From positions 20,000,535-20,036,334 of the forward strand of contig NC_068989.1 in NCBI RefSeq assembly GCF_001194135.2: a stretch of 35,800 nucleotides of DNA, given 5' to 3'. Position 1 is the stretch's first letter; every line of letters starts with the position of its first letter. This stretch comes from Octopus bimaculoides. Taxonomy: Eukaryota. The notes beneath the pieces are model-generated. The model was not told where the DNA came from and made no database searches. It worked only from the letters and a program-made list of their open reading frames with translations. The position numbers and the translations under genes were made by a program. Below are positions 21,616-32,647 of the stretch, in pieces.

Positions 21616-22317
21616 TTATCTTTGAATATAAGTAAGTTGGCCACATCAGAGCTAAATAACTACAGCAGAAATAACAATGATTCTCTGGGGTTCATATGTG
21701 TGAATGGAGAAAGTAGTGGGCTATCTGCTTGTAGGTTTAAGTTCAAGAAATTTGTAGTTTCTGAACTGAACATTCTATTCTACACAATCTCAATTGACCA
21801 AGCTGTCAGGATCATCTGAGGATGTTGGTAACCTGAGATAAACAGGCAACATTTGATGTCTCTCCTCTATTGTGAAACCATATATTCCCTGGGTCTTCAA
21901 AATCACCTTTAAAATTTATATTTTAATTTTAATAAAAAAAATTTTTTATCCCTAGTATTTTAGTAAGCAATACCTTATCCAACTATTTAAGATGTTTGGG
22001 ATTTGAGAGAACTCCCATTCGGACACCAATGATTGTATACATTCTATGGGGTGAAAATTTGAGTTATTCAGTATATACTGAATGGCCTTCTTACTACTGA
22101 CCATTCATTTGTCATATGAAACAGATTGCTAAACATAAAAGCTCATTCTGGAGTAAAGAGGGCTTGATGGAAGAATTTCTTGGATTACTGTTTAGATGTA
22201 AAGACTGAAATGTTTGTTTGTTTGATATAGAAATGTGCTTGATTTATGATGTGAAATGAAACTCTTCAAAAATCTTTGAGCAATTAAAAATCTGGCTTTC
22301 TGTTGAAAGGTGACATG

Positions 22318-22533
22318 TATTCAGATTTCTTTGTCAAATGTAATGCGTATTCATTCACATTGTTTTGAATTAATTATACATTATCTCTTAGCTTTGAGAT
22401 TTCAATGGTGTCTCTTTGTTTTTAGAATGACATTGTAAGGTAGGTATGAGAGGCCAGATCTGGCTGGTTTGAATATATAAAACATGTATAATATTGGGGG
22501 CTGATATGGTCAATTGAAATGTTAAAGGGTTAA
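22318..22533. mobile_element. piggyBac-type MITE remnant (one end preserved)
   Basis: Ends in aatgttaaagggTTAA, the GGG|TTAA terminus characteristic of piggyBac. The opposite end is missing. Confidence 0.55.
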
Positions 22534-23831
22534 AACCTTGCCACTAGTGTTTTGTATCTTCAGCATGACATTTTTATTTACTAATTCTAGGGATGATTGA
22601 GTAGTGTTAAGGATGGCATTCAATTACTCCAAAAGTTTATCAAAATATCTTGAATTTGTAGAATACAAACCCCTGTTTAGTAGTGAATATATGGTTTTAT
22701 TTTAGGTCAACAACTTTGCAGATCAACAAGTTTGCTTATCCCTACTTTTCTTAACACCTGCTACCTCTTAGAACACTTTTGGCTTAGGTCTTTCTGTTGT
22801 TGTGCATCTTAAGATACAAGCTGTTCAAGACTATTTTATTCAGAACATACTGGTGCTAATTTACCTCCAGATAGTTCTTTTATTACTTCATTAATAGTCT
22901 CCAATTCATATTTCTTAAGAAACCTGATAAGTCACCCTTCCTCCCTATTGCTATTTTAGTTTTCGAAGCTTGGCCTCATTTCTTGTTTGTTTCATAAAAC
23001 TCCTTTGAATTGCAACTGCTGCTATTCATTGCAAATTCCTTCTCTAATTCATTGATGCTATTAATTATACAAGAAATATATACACATCAAATATTCAGTT
23101 TCCTTATGATTTAAATTATGATTTTTTTTCAAATTCGCTATAGAAATGATTTTTATTATTGATATTCTTTTTAAAGCATTCTATTGAAAAACGTTATTGT
23201 TTATTTACCAAAAAGGTTTAAGTGTGCTTAATGTTTTCAACTACAAGTTAGAAGACAGCTGCTTTTATTAGATTACGTTAGTTATTTGAGCTATACACAT
23301 GACAGTAGGTTTTAAACAGCTGGTATAAGACTTTGAGGTTAACGTACACATATTACTTTGTATCTTGTAAAGAGATACATACTCAGTTATCTTTTCTGTT
23401 ATTATAGCGTTTACATTTTTTTTTTTCAAAATTTTGTGTTTTACTAAGAGTATAAGTTGATTGAATTTGACTTTCATAGACTATAATATCTGTCTCTATA
23501 TAAAATTCTTTGTCTCTCTATCTGTTCCCTATGCATACTCAAATGGCTCCACTAAATCAAATCAAATTTTACACTCCGTGACTGTGAACATGTAATTTTT
23601 ATTTCCATTTGGATTGAAACAATATAATATTTTCTCAAAAATAATCTTTCTATAATCAACTATAGTAATGGTCATTTTATACCATGACGATATCGTCACA
23701 TTTTGTATATGAGTATGTATGTGTTTGCGCGTTCATTATGTATGAGATAGTAAAGGACATTTTATACCATGACAATGACGACATGTCTATCATTCTCTCT
23801 TCATTCTGTCAACCATTCTGTGTAGTGTTTA

Positions 23832-24095
23832 CTGTTGTAATGATATCTGGTATCAAAAAAAAAAATCATTACAGCTACTTTGATTGTTTACAATCTTCTG
23901 TACAGGTGTATTTGTGTACACCAATACATAAATAAAATGTTAGAAAGGCTGAAAGGTCAAACAAAAACAGTGTACCTGTGTATCAATAAATAACCATGTT
24001 ATAACGATTTCTGGTACCAAAAAAATTTACAACTACTTTCATTGTTTACAATCTTCTGTACTGGTGTATTTGTGTATCAGTAAATAACCATACCT
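23832..24095. repeat. Local direct duplication, about 100-bp unit, 158 bp apart
   Basis: ctacttt(g/c)attgtttacaatcttctgtac(a/t)ggtgtatttgtgta occurs at about 23875 and 24033. Confidence 0.85.
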
Positions 24096-24887
24096 AGAAG
24101 GAAGGTGTCAAATTACACTACAAGCAAAGAGTATTGTGTTAAGGCTATGAGTTTATAACCTGAGTGAAACCAGGTCCTTCTGTTGTAATAAAAATAACAA
24201 TAATCTTATTATTTCAAGAAAATAAAAAAAAGCAGTTATAGCAGTTATATTCTAAATATAACCTTTGTTATGAAGAAGATATTTGTGTCTTCCTAATGAA
24301 ACTTTAATTTGAATTAGGTTGTTTATTTATAGTTGAGTAGAACTTCTGGTCTTGAAGTCAGGCAATGCTGGTTAAACCAAACACGGAACTGTAGTGACTT
24401 CAATTTACTTTTGAAATTTAGCAAATTATTGCTTGAACAATACTAATGTTTACAGTGATTTTATTATAGTTTAACTGACTTTGAACTATTATTAGATTGC
24501 TTGGAGTGCAGATTTGATTTATATCATTGTGCTGTGTGTACACTTGAAATCATTTCCATTCCATGCCAATTTGTATGGTAACGGTTATGGAACTAATAGT
24601 GCTGGTGATAACATGGTGCCATATGTTAGTAGAGTAGGTAGCACTGTTCACTAGTTGTTAACAGCAGTACATCTACAGTTGGTGGTTGTATAATATATTT
24701 TAGATAAGAAAAACTCAGGAAAGTGCTATACTGATTATGAGTAACTTAGGTTCCTGCTAAAAGACTTTGGATTAAACTTTAAAAAATCTGGTATTGATTT
24801 ATTGAAATCAATCTTCGTGCTGAATAATAGATTTGTTGTTGCTGTTAACCCTTTTTGACTATAAATGTAACCAAATCCGCTGCCTCA

Positions 24888-25315
24888 TCATCATCCTTAT
24901 TGTTTTAACATTTATTTTTCCATCATTGCATAGGTCAGATGAAATTCCAAAACAGATTTTCAATGGCTAGATGCTCTTCTTGTTGCTAACCCATACCTGC
25001 TTCCAATCAAGGTTAATAGATCCCCATGGCCAACCATGCTTTCATAGAAAATTGGAAATGAATGACACTGTATGATGGTGTGGCATTTGTTTACAGCTAT
25101 TGCTTGATGTCAAAACAAGGAGACACTAACACACACACATACACACACGGGTGCGATGGGCTTTTTCATCTACCAAATTCATTCATAAGGCTTTGGTTGG
25201 CTCTGAGATTATAGTAGAAGATACCTGCTCAAAGTGCTTTGTTGTGGGAATTAATCCAAAACCATGTGGTTAGGAAGTAAACTTCTTAAATTGCACAAAC
25301 ATGCTTGCACCTATA
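24888..25315 (-). mobile_element. Composite SINE: CORE-like head, (CA)n, alternative body, (GAT)n RTE-type tail
   Basis: Head at 25150-25315 (tctaccaaattcattcataaggctttggttgg...gaagatacctgctcaaagtg). Tail catcatcatc...tttaac at 24888. Confidence 0.6.
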
Positions 25316-25524
25316 TGTTTCAGGTAACTTTCGAAATAATCATGAATATAATGTGGTCGTTACTAAAATAATGGTAATTTTTTTAACCAGCAGCATATGA
25401 AACCAGTAATTATAACATGAGATTTGGTACTTCTAATTACTTGATAAACAATAGATATGTGATTTGAGTTCTGTGAGTGAGCCTGTGCTCTGGAATTGGG
25501 TTTTTTTTTTTATCAGCAAATGGT

Positions 25525-25645
25525 TTTGAAGTTTATTTTGCAGCTGTGTGGGTTCAGGTTTGGTCTCCTTACTTGGTACCTTGGATTAGAGCCTTCTACC
25601 ATAGCCTCAACCAACAAGGACCTTGTTAGAGAAATATGTTAGGTA
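25525..25645 (+). mobile_element. CORE-like SINE head, decayed
   Basis: gctgtgtgggttcagg...ggtaccttggattagagccttctaccatagcctc. Confidence 0.5.
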
Positions 25646-25926
25646 AACACTATATGAAAGCTTATTCAAGGGATTGTTTCTGTTATTGGAACTTAATCTG
25701 TTGTCTGGTTTAACATCACCATCTAATCCTTGGGTGAATTTAACAGAGACCACTCTGTTGCAAACATTCAGGCCAAGTTGCCAGTTTGATGATAATTTCT
25801 TTCCTTCTTGCCTCAGAGTTCCAAGGCTTAGTTCTTCCTCCTCTGACTAACCCATAACTCTCTCTTTCAAATATAAGCAGGTGTTTCTTATATAAAATTA
25901 GGATGGAATTTTTACCATGTAATACA

Positions 25927-26320
25927 GATCATCATCATCATCATCATCATCACAATTTTATTCAGCTTTTTCTGCTGGTAGGGGTTGTAAGAATACTGCT
26001 TTTTGAGGCTGTATTCTATAGCCAGGTGGCCTTTATGCTACCAGTTCTTGTTTTCAAATAAAGTAATTTTTTTTCTTCCACCCAATTTTGCATGGCAAAC
26101 TGTTAATTTACAGGACATAAGCAAATGCCACTGCTGCTCAAGCAAGGACCTGCTGAGACAAACACATGCACACACAACATAGGCTTCTGTGCACTTTGTC
26201 CCCTACAGAATTTTTTCTCCATGGCATCGGTCAGCTTATAGTAGAAGTCACTTGCCCCAGATGTTATGCAATGGGATAAAATTTGAAACTGTGTGATTGC
26301 AAAGTGACCTTCTAAGCATA
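25927..26320 (-). mobile_element. Composite SINE with (GAT)n tail, decayed
   Basis: (cat)n at 25927-25953 and head tatagtagaagtcacttgccccagatgttatgcaatggga. Confidence 0.5.
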
Positions 26321-26494
26321 CTGTCCTTAATTGAAATGTTATGTTATTATAATTGATTTAGCAACATAGAACTATGGACATTCTGTAGAGATGACTATAG
26401 TCAACTAAACGAAGTATTAATGTTTATAGTAATAGCTAATAGCCATTATATTTTTATTGTTAGGCTATGTCTACCTTAACTCTTTTGTTACTAA

Positions 26495-26690
26495 AAGCAC
26501 TGGTGTTGGTGCCACATAAAAAGCACCCAGTACACTTTGTGAAGTGATTGGTGTTAGAAAGGGCATCCAGCCATAGAAACCATGCTAGAACAGACAATGG
26601 AGCCTGGTGCAGTCCCCGGCCTTACCAACTCTGGTCAAACCATCCAACCCATGCCAGTACGGAAAACAGATGTTAAATGATGATGATGAT
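26495..26690 (+). mobile_element. RTE 3'-tail element, well preserved
   Basis: aaaagcacccagtacactttgtgaagtgattggtgttagaaagggcatccagccatagaaaccatg...ccaacccatgccagtacggaaaacagatgttaaatgatgatgatgat. Confidence 0.85.
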
Positions 26691-26908
26691 CTCTGTTGAA
26701 ATACACTGCTTTTGTTCAGTTAATTTTGAAAATAACAAAAACTTTAGTAAAATAGCTTTGTCATTATTAAGCTGTTTTTTAGAATTTAAACTATCATTAA
26801 ATTTTAATGGGAAGTTTTAATTTAGATCACTTTAGAACAAGAAGTTTGTTTCATAGATCCATAGAGTTTGTATCAAAGAGCCTTAGGTGGGTTGATATCA
26901 AAAGGCTT
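26691..26908. mobile_element. piggyBac-type MITE remnant
   Basis: AT-rich body ending gggttgatatcaaaaggcttag, a decayed form of a ...aaaagggttaa terminus. Confidence 0.45.
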
Positions 26909-27212
26909 AGGGGAGGCCTGACTTCTACACAGGATTTGTTGACTGACTACAGAAACTCTTGTTGTCATGGGAACATTGAAATAGTTAATAATCTATCAGA
27001 GATCTTTAATTCTAGAGGCCATATTTGTGTTATTGATTACCTGCATGATATATTTATTGAATATTTGAATATGCACCATTAATTTTTATCACATATTTGA
27101 ATTTTCATTCTCTCTTTTTCTCTCCCTCTTATTGTGTCACTTCTGTCTTTTCTTTCTCTCATTGCTAAACACCAGATCACTTAACTCTGCTCACCAACAC
27201 TACCATGTAGTC

Positions 27213-27215
<3 letters not shown>

Positions 27216-27245
<30 letters not shown>
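27216..27245. repeat. (CT)n microsatellite
   Basis: Direct reading. Confidence 0.95.
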
Positions 27246-27248
<3 letters not shown>

Positions 27249-28554
27249 AATCACAGTCAGACAGAAACAGCTGGCCTAGGCACATGCCTGGCAAACAGGT
27301 TCCACATCTACTCTGTGGTGCTCAGTAGCTGGAAGAGCATTCAGCTGTAAAGTTAATTGGTTCTGAAAGTTGAAAAATATCTAAGTTATATAAAAAAAAT
27401 AGTTAAATTGAAAAAAAAGTTACTATATGTAGACTAGCTTGAAAAATAGCAGTAGCCCCCTCCCTGACAAACAAAATGTTTTAACTTCTTTTGTTTTGCA
27501 AATAAAACAATTTAACTTGTCTTGCATTGTAAACATATATTAGTTGTTAAATTTCTCTTTAAAACAAGTATAAACTTTGAACACACTGTTTATGATTTGT
27601 CTGACTGGAATGAATAGAAGTATTATGGTAACAGATGTTGTCAGTTTGGCTTATGCAGGATATCTCATCCATCAATGCCGGTTATTGTTTAATACACTGA
27701 CGAAATCATATATTGGACAGTCACTTTTGAACTGGTTCATTGAATTATTTCTAATTGGTTTCTAGACCACTCAATAATAATAACAATGGTTTCAAATTTT
27801 GGCACAAGGCCAGCAGTTTCTAGGGAGTAAGTTGATTACATCAGCTCCAGAGATATCAACTGGTACTTATTTCATTGACCCTGAAAAGATGAAAGGCAAA
27901 ACTGACTTCGGTGGCATTTGAACTCAGAACGTAAAGATGGATGAAATGCTGCTGAGCATTTTAATAACAACAGTAATAATAATAATAATCCTTTCTATTA
28001 TAGGCACAAGGCCTGACATTTTTGGGAGAGGGGGCTAGTTGATTACATTGATCCCAGTGCTCAACTGGTAGTTACTTTATCAACCTCAAAAGGATGAAAG
28101 GCAGAGTCTATCTCAGTGGAATTTGAATTCATAAGAAATAATGCAAAGCATTTTGTTTGGTGTGTTAACGATTTTACCAGCTCATAATGATAATGCTGAT
28201 GATGATGACAATGATGATTTAGATACAAGTTCAGTAATTTGGAGAAAGAATTAATAGTTTGAATCAACTTCAGCACTTGACTGGTACTTAATTAAGCCAA
28301 GAGGAATGAAAAGTTAAGTTGAACTTTGATAGGATTTGAGCTCAGCACATAAAAAGCCATAACCAAATACTGCAAAGCATTTTGTTTGATGTCTAATGAG
28401 TTTGTCAATCTATCACTCTAATAATGATAAGTTCCATCCTATATTCTGCAAGAATCCTAAGAAAGATTCTTGAGATTGGAGGAGACTTATTGTCATCAAA
28501 ACTCAAGATAAGATTCTTGCTACTTAAATTAGCATGTACTAGCTTAATTATTAT

Positions 28555-28760
28555 CTTCATCATCATCATTTAACATCCGTTTTCCACACTAGCATGGGTT
28601 TGAGAGTTTGACAGGAGCTGGCCAGCCGGAGAGCTGCCAATTTGTCTGTTTTGGTATGGCTTCTATAGCTGGATGCCCTTCCTAATGCCAACCACTGCAC
28701 AGCGTGTACTTGGTGCTTTTTATGTGACACCAACATGGGTGCTTTATATGCAGAACTGGC
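28555..28760 (-). mobile_element. RTE 3'-tail element inside the SINE cluster
   Basis: catcatcatcattttaacatccgtttccacactagcatggg...ctatagctggatgcccttcctaatgccaaccac...gtacttggtgctttt. Confidence 0.85.
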
Positions 28761-29721
28761 ATGAATGCTTTGAGTGTGGCATGGCATGGGTGCATTTGAC
28801 TGGTACTGGCATGAGTGCTTCTTACCTGGCATCAGCAATAATGATGATTGTGAAATATTATATATCCACATTGATACATCCCACCCACAATCCTTTCTTT
28901 CCTTAAGCCCTCTTTTCCTGATAGAGTTGTAAGGATTCCATTGTGGCATACAGCATGTCTTGGGCATTTCTAAAACATTGTGGAGCCCATCTGTCTCCAG
29001 AACTGACCACAGCTGATTACTTCCAGAACAAAGGAGTGAAAAATCATTTACAGTACTGGTACTTGCTGCTGGCCCAGAAGGATGAAAGACAAAGTTGGAC
29101 CTTGTAGGATTTTAACTCAGAGCACAGAGAGCTAGAGTAAATGCCACAAGATATTCTATTTGATACTCTAACAATTCTACTATTTCACCAAATATGTGTG
29201 TGTGTAATAAGACAGCTTATTAAACGGATAAATGACATTTAACAAGGAAAAATGCTAAGTACAACAGAGACTCTGAAATAGTATAATAAATAAATAAATA
29301 AATATAATTTTGGTGCAAGGTCAGCAATTTTGAGGGAGTGATAAACTGGTAACATCAACCTCAGTACTTGACTGGTATTTTATTTTATCTACCCCAAAAG
29401 GATGAAAGGCTGAGTTGACCATGATGGAATGTAAAGCTGGAAGAAATGCCACTAAACATTTTGTTTGATATGCTAACAATCCTGCCCACTCTCCACCTTT
29501 ATAATAGTAATAATTCTTTCTTCTATGGATACAAGGCCTGAAATTTTGTGGGTGGGTTGATTACATTGGCCCCTATGCTCGACTGGTACTTATTGCTTCA
29601 CCCCCCTAAAGGGTGAAAGGTAAAGTTGACCTTGGCAGAATTTGTACCCAAAACATTAAGATGGATGAAATGCTGCTTAGAATTTTCTCTGGTATGCTAA
29701 TGGTTCTGCCAGCTTGCCATC

Positions 29722-29722
<1 letters not shown>

Positions 29723-29754
<32 letters not shown>

Positions 29755-29835
29755 ATCATCATCATCATCACCATCATCACCATCACCATCATCATCATCA
29801 TCATCATCATTATTATTATTATTATTATTATTATT
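29723..29835. repeat. Compound (TTA)n-(CAT/CAC)n-(TTA)n microsatellite
   Basis: Direct reading. Confidence 0.95.
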
Positions 29836-30686
29836 GTTTCTATTATAGGCTCAAAGTCTGAATCTGGTGGGTAGGGATAATCGATTACATCAATCCTAGT
29901 GTACAATTAATACTTACTTTATCAACCCTGAAAGGATGAAGGGCAAAGTTGACCTTAGCGGGTTTTGAATTCAGAATGTAATGACAAATAATTATAATAA
30001 TGGTTTTAAATTTTGTCACAAGGGTAGTCATTTTGGAGGAGTGTACAAGTTGATTACATTGACCCCAGTGTTTCACTGGTACTTGATTTATTAAAATAGA
30101 TAGTAATTCTTCAGAATCCAGTTCACAGTATAGTGTGACATTTAGCTGAATTAAAGTTCTCTATGTTTAATTTAACCTCTAAACAAAAGTTAATCTGTTA
30201 TGGGAGTAAAAACTCTGAAAGGATGAAAGGCAGCATCAGCCTCAGCAGGATTTGAACTCAGAATGTAGTGATGGGCGAAATACTTATTTCTTTATTGCCC
30301 TCAAGGAGCTAAACATAGAGGGGACAAACAAGGACAGAGAAAGGTATTAAGTCGATTACATCAACCCCAGTGTTCAACTGGTACTTAATTTATTGACCCT
30401 GAAAGGATGAAAGGCAAAGTTGACCTCGGCGGAATTTGAACTCAGAACGTAACGGCAGACGAAATACCGCTAAGCATTTCGCCCAGTGTGCTAACATTTC
30501 TTATTTCTTTATTGCCCACAAGGAGCTAAACATAGAGGGGACAAACAAGGACAGAGAAAGGTATTAAGTCGATTACATCGACCCCAGTGCGTAACTGGTA
30601 CTTAATTTATCGACCCCGAAAGGATGAAAGGCAAAGTTGACCTCGGCGGAATTTGAACTCAGAACGTAACGGCAGACGAAATACCG

Positions 30687-31358
30687 NNNNNNNNNNNNNN
30701 NNNNNNNNNNNNNNNNNNNNNNNNNNNNNNNNNNNNNNNNNNNNNNNNNNNNNNNNNNNNNNNNNNNNNNNNNNNNNNNNNNNNNNNNNNNNNNNNNNNN
30801 NNNNNNNNNNNNNNNNNNNNNNNNNNNNNNNNNNNNNNNNNNNNNNNNNNNNNNNNNNNNNNNNNNNNNNNNNNNNNNNNNNNNNNNNNNNNNNNNNNNN
30901 NNNNNNNNNNNNNNNNNNNNNNNNNNNNNNNNNNNNNNNNNNNNNNNNNNNNNNNNNNNNNNNNNNNNNNNNNNNNNNNNNNNNNNNNNNNNNNNNNNNN
31001 NNNNNNNNNNNNNNNNNNNNNNNNNNNNNNNNNNNNNNNNNNNNNNNNNNNNNNNNNNNNNNNNNNNNNNNNNNNNNNNNNNNNNNNNNNNNNNNNNNNN
31101 NNNNNNNNNNNNNNNNNNNNNNNNNNNNNNNNNNNNNNNNNNNNNNNNNNNNNNNNNNNNNNNNNNNNNNNNNNNNNNNNNNNNNNNNNNNNNNNNNNNN
31201 NNNNNNNNNNNNNNNNNNNNNNNNNNNNNNNNNNNNNNNNNNNNNNNNNNNNNNNNNNNNNNNNNNNNNNNNNNNNNNNNNNNNNNNNNNNNNNNNNNNN
31301 NNNNNNNNNNNNNNNNNNNNNNNNNNNNNNNNNNNNNNNNNNNNNNNNNNNNNNNNNN
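30687..31358. other. Assembly gap
   Basis: Run of N. Confidence 1.
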
Positions 31359-31387
31359 TTCATTTTAAAGAAATTAAATTATATGTA

Positions 31388-31590
31388 TTTAAGGTAGCGA
31401 GCTGGCAAAATCGTTAGCATGCCAGGCAAAATGCTTAGTGGTATTTCATCTGTTTTTATGTTCTGAGTTCAAATTCCACTGAGGTCGACTTTGCCTTTCA
31501 TCGAGGTTGATAAAGTAATTACTAGTTGAGTACTGGGGTTGATGTAATCAACTTATCACCCTGCCCCCAAAATTGCTGGCCTTGTACTGA
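31388..31590 (+). mobile_element. tRNA-derived SINE, full head and core (same family as the cluster, opposite strand)
   Basis: aaggtagcgagctggcaaaatcgttagc...gttctgagttcaaattcc...gtcgactttgcctttcatc...actggggttgatgtaatcaact. Confidence 0.9.
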
Positions 31591-31624
31591 CTGACACGAA
31601 TACAAAAAAAAAAAAAAGGACCGC

Positions 31625-31775
31625 ACAGAGGCAAAGTGGTTGGCGCTAGGAAGGGTTTCCAGCTGTAGAAACCATGCCAAACCTGACTGGAGTCTAGTGC
31701 AGCCTTCCAACTTGCCAGCCCTGGCGAAACCGTCTAACCCATGCCAGCATGGACAAGGGATGTTAAATGATGATA
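31625..31775 (+). mobile_element. RTE 3'-tail element
   Basis: aagtggttggcgctaggaagggtttccagctgtagaaaccatgccaaa...ctaacccatgccagcatgga...gttaaatgatgat. Confidence 0.85.
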
Positions 31776-32557
31776 TAACATAGGCTCATTAATTAAAGTA
31801 CTAAAGTGTGCTGCTAATTTTATAAATACATTTACATGTGTATATTTAATAAGCATACTTTAACTTTGCTATGCGATGAGACCACCTGGTTAAACCGTAG
31901 AGCTCCGTCTACTGAATGGTTTGAAGAACAAGCTCAGTTGGTTTTACTGGTCATCAAGTGTATTTTACTTCATTTAGTTTATGAAGTGAGAGAGATTGGA
32001 AAGGAAGGGAGCATAGCTTACAACCATTCATGAACAATTTGGTGAACATGAAGCACTACTTTTGCTCATTTACATGTTAGTAATTTTTTTAGTATAGCAT
32101 ATTAATTAAAGTACTGAGATTGTGTGGGTAAATTTGTAAATAAATTTGCATGAATAAGTTGAGGGAAACACTTCTGACAAGCTGGTAAAGACAATAGAAA
32201 CTAGTTGAGTTGTTCTTCACTCTTGTTGCAGAGAGAGCTGTGTTTAATAATGAAACCTTTTTACTCTGCATTACTGAATGTATATTTATTAAATGTATGC
32301 ATTTAAATTTATTTATGAACTTAGGGAAGGACAGTCCTTTTGGTGTTTTATTTATTCACTCTGCCAATGCTTGTTGAAGCAAGCATCGAATTATCCTGAA
32401 ACCAGAGACCTCGCTCTAAATGCTTACAACTGAGTGAACTTCACAAAAAACACTCAAAGACCAGGTGATAGTGTTAAACAAGGTGACAGATTTTGTGCAG
32501 TACACAAGAACTCAGAATGTAATGGTATACGTAATTTTTTTTAAAACAAAAATTATT

Positions 32558-32647
32558 TTGGCAGTAAAGTTGGAATAATACAGAGAAGATTAGCATGCGC
32601 CCTGTGCAAGAATGACATGCAAATTCATGATGCATTCCATTATCTTT
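32558..32647 (+). pseudogene. U6: U6 snRNA pseudogene
   Basis: aaagttggaataatACAGAGAagattagcatgcgccctgtgcaagaatgacatgcaaattcatgatgcattccat differs at 11 of 75 positions from metazoan U6 as I recall it. The 5' stem is truncated and deleted. Confidence 0.9.

Larger units (their letters stand above)
27785..30686 (-). mobile_element. Cluster of about 11 same-orientation copies of one tRNA-derived SINE core, separated by (AAT)n/(GAT)n tracts
   Basis: The motif actggtactta...ccc.aaaggatgaaaggcaaagttgacc...atttgaactcag recurs at about 27860, 28065, 28280, 29055, 29375, 29582, 29905, 30078 (partial), 30215 (partial), 30378 and 30595. Confidence 0.9.

Noticed and set aside
26807-27082. 91-aa ORF MGSFNLDHF...
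   Set aside because: The first third lies within a MITE and I recognise no domain.
27577-27765. ORF with GYL...KSYIGQS resembling GIY-YIG
   Set aside because: Motif spacing is off, downstream conserved Arg/Glu motifs are absent and there is no adjacent Penelope RT; likely chance.
29613-29906. Poly-Tyr/His and poly-Ile/Met ORFs
   Set aside because: Translations of trinucleotide microsatellites.
27785-30686. CRISPR-like or prokaryotic repeat-spacer system
   Set aside because: Units are ~200-bp diverged SINEs with irregular spacing in eukaryotic DNA, and there are no cas-like ORFs.
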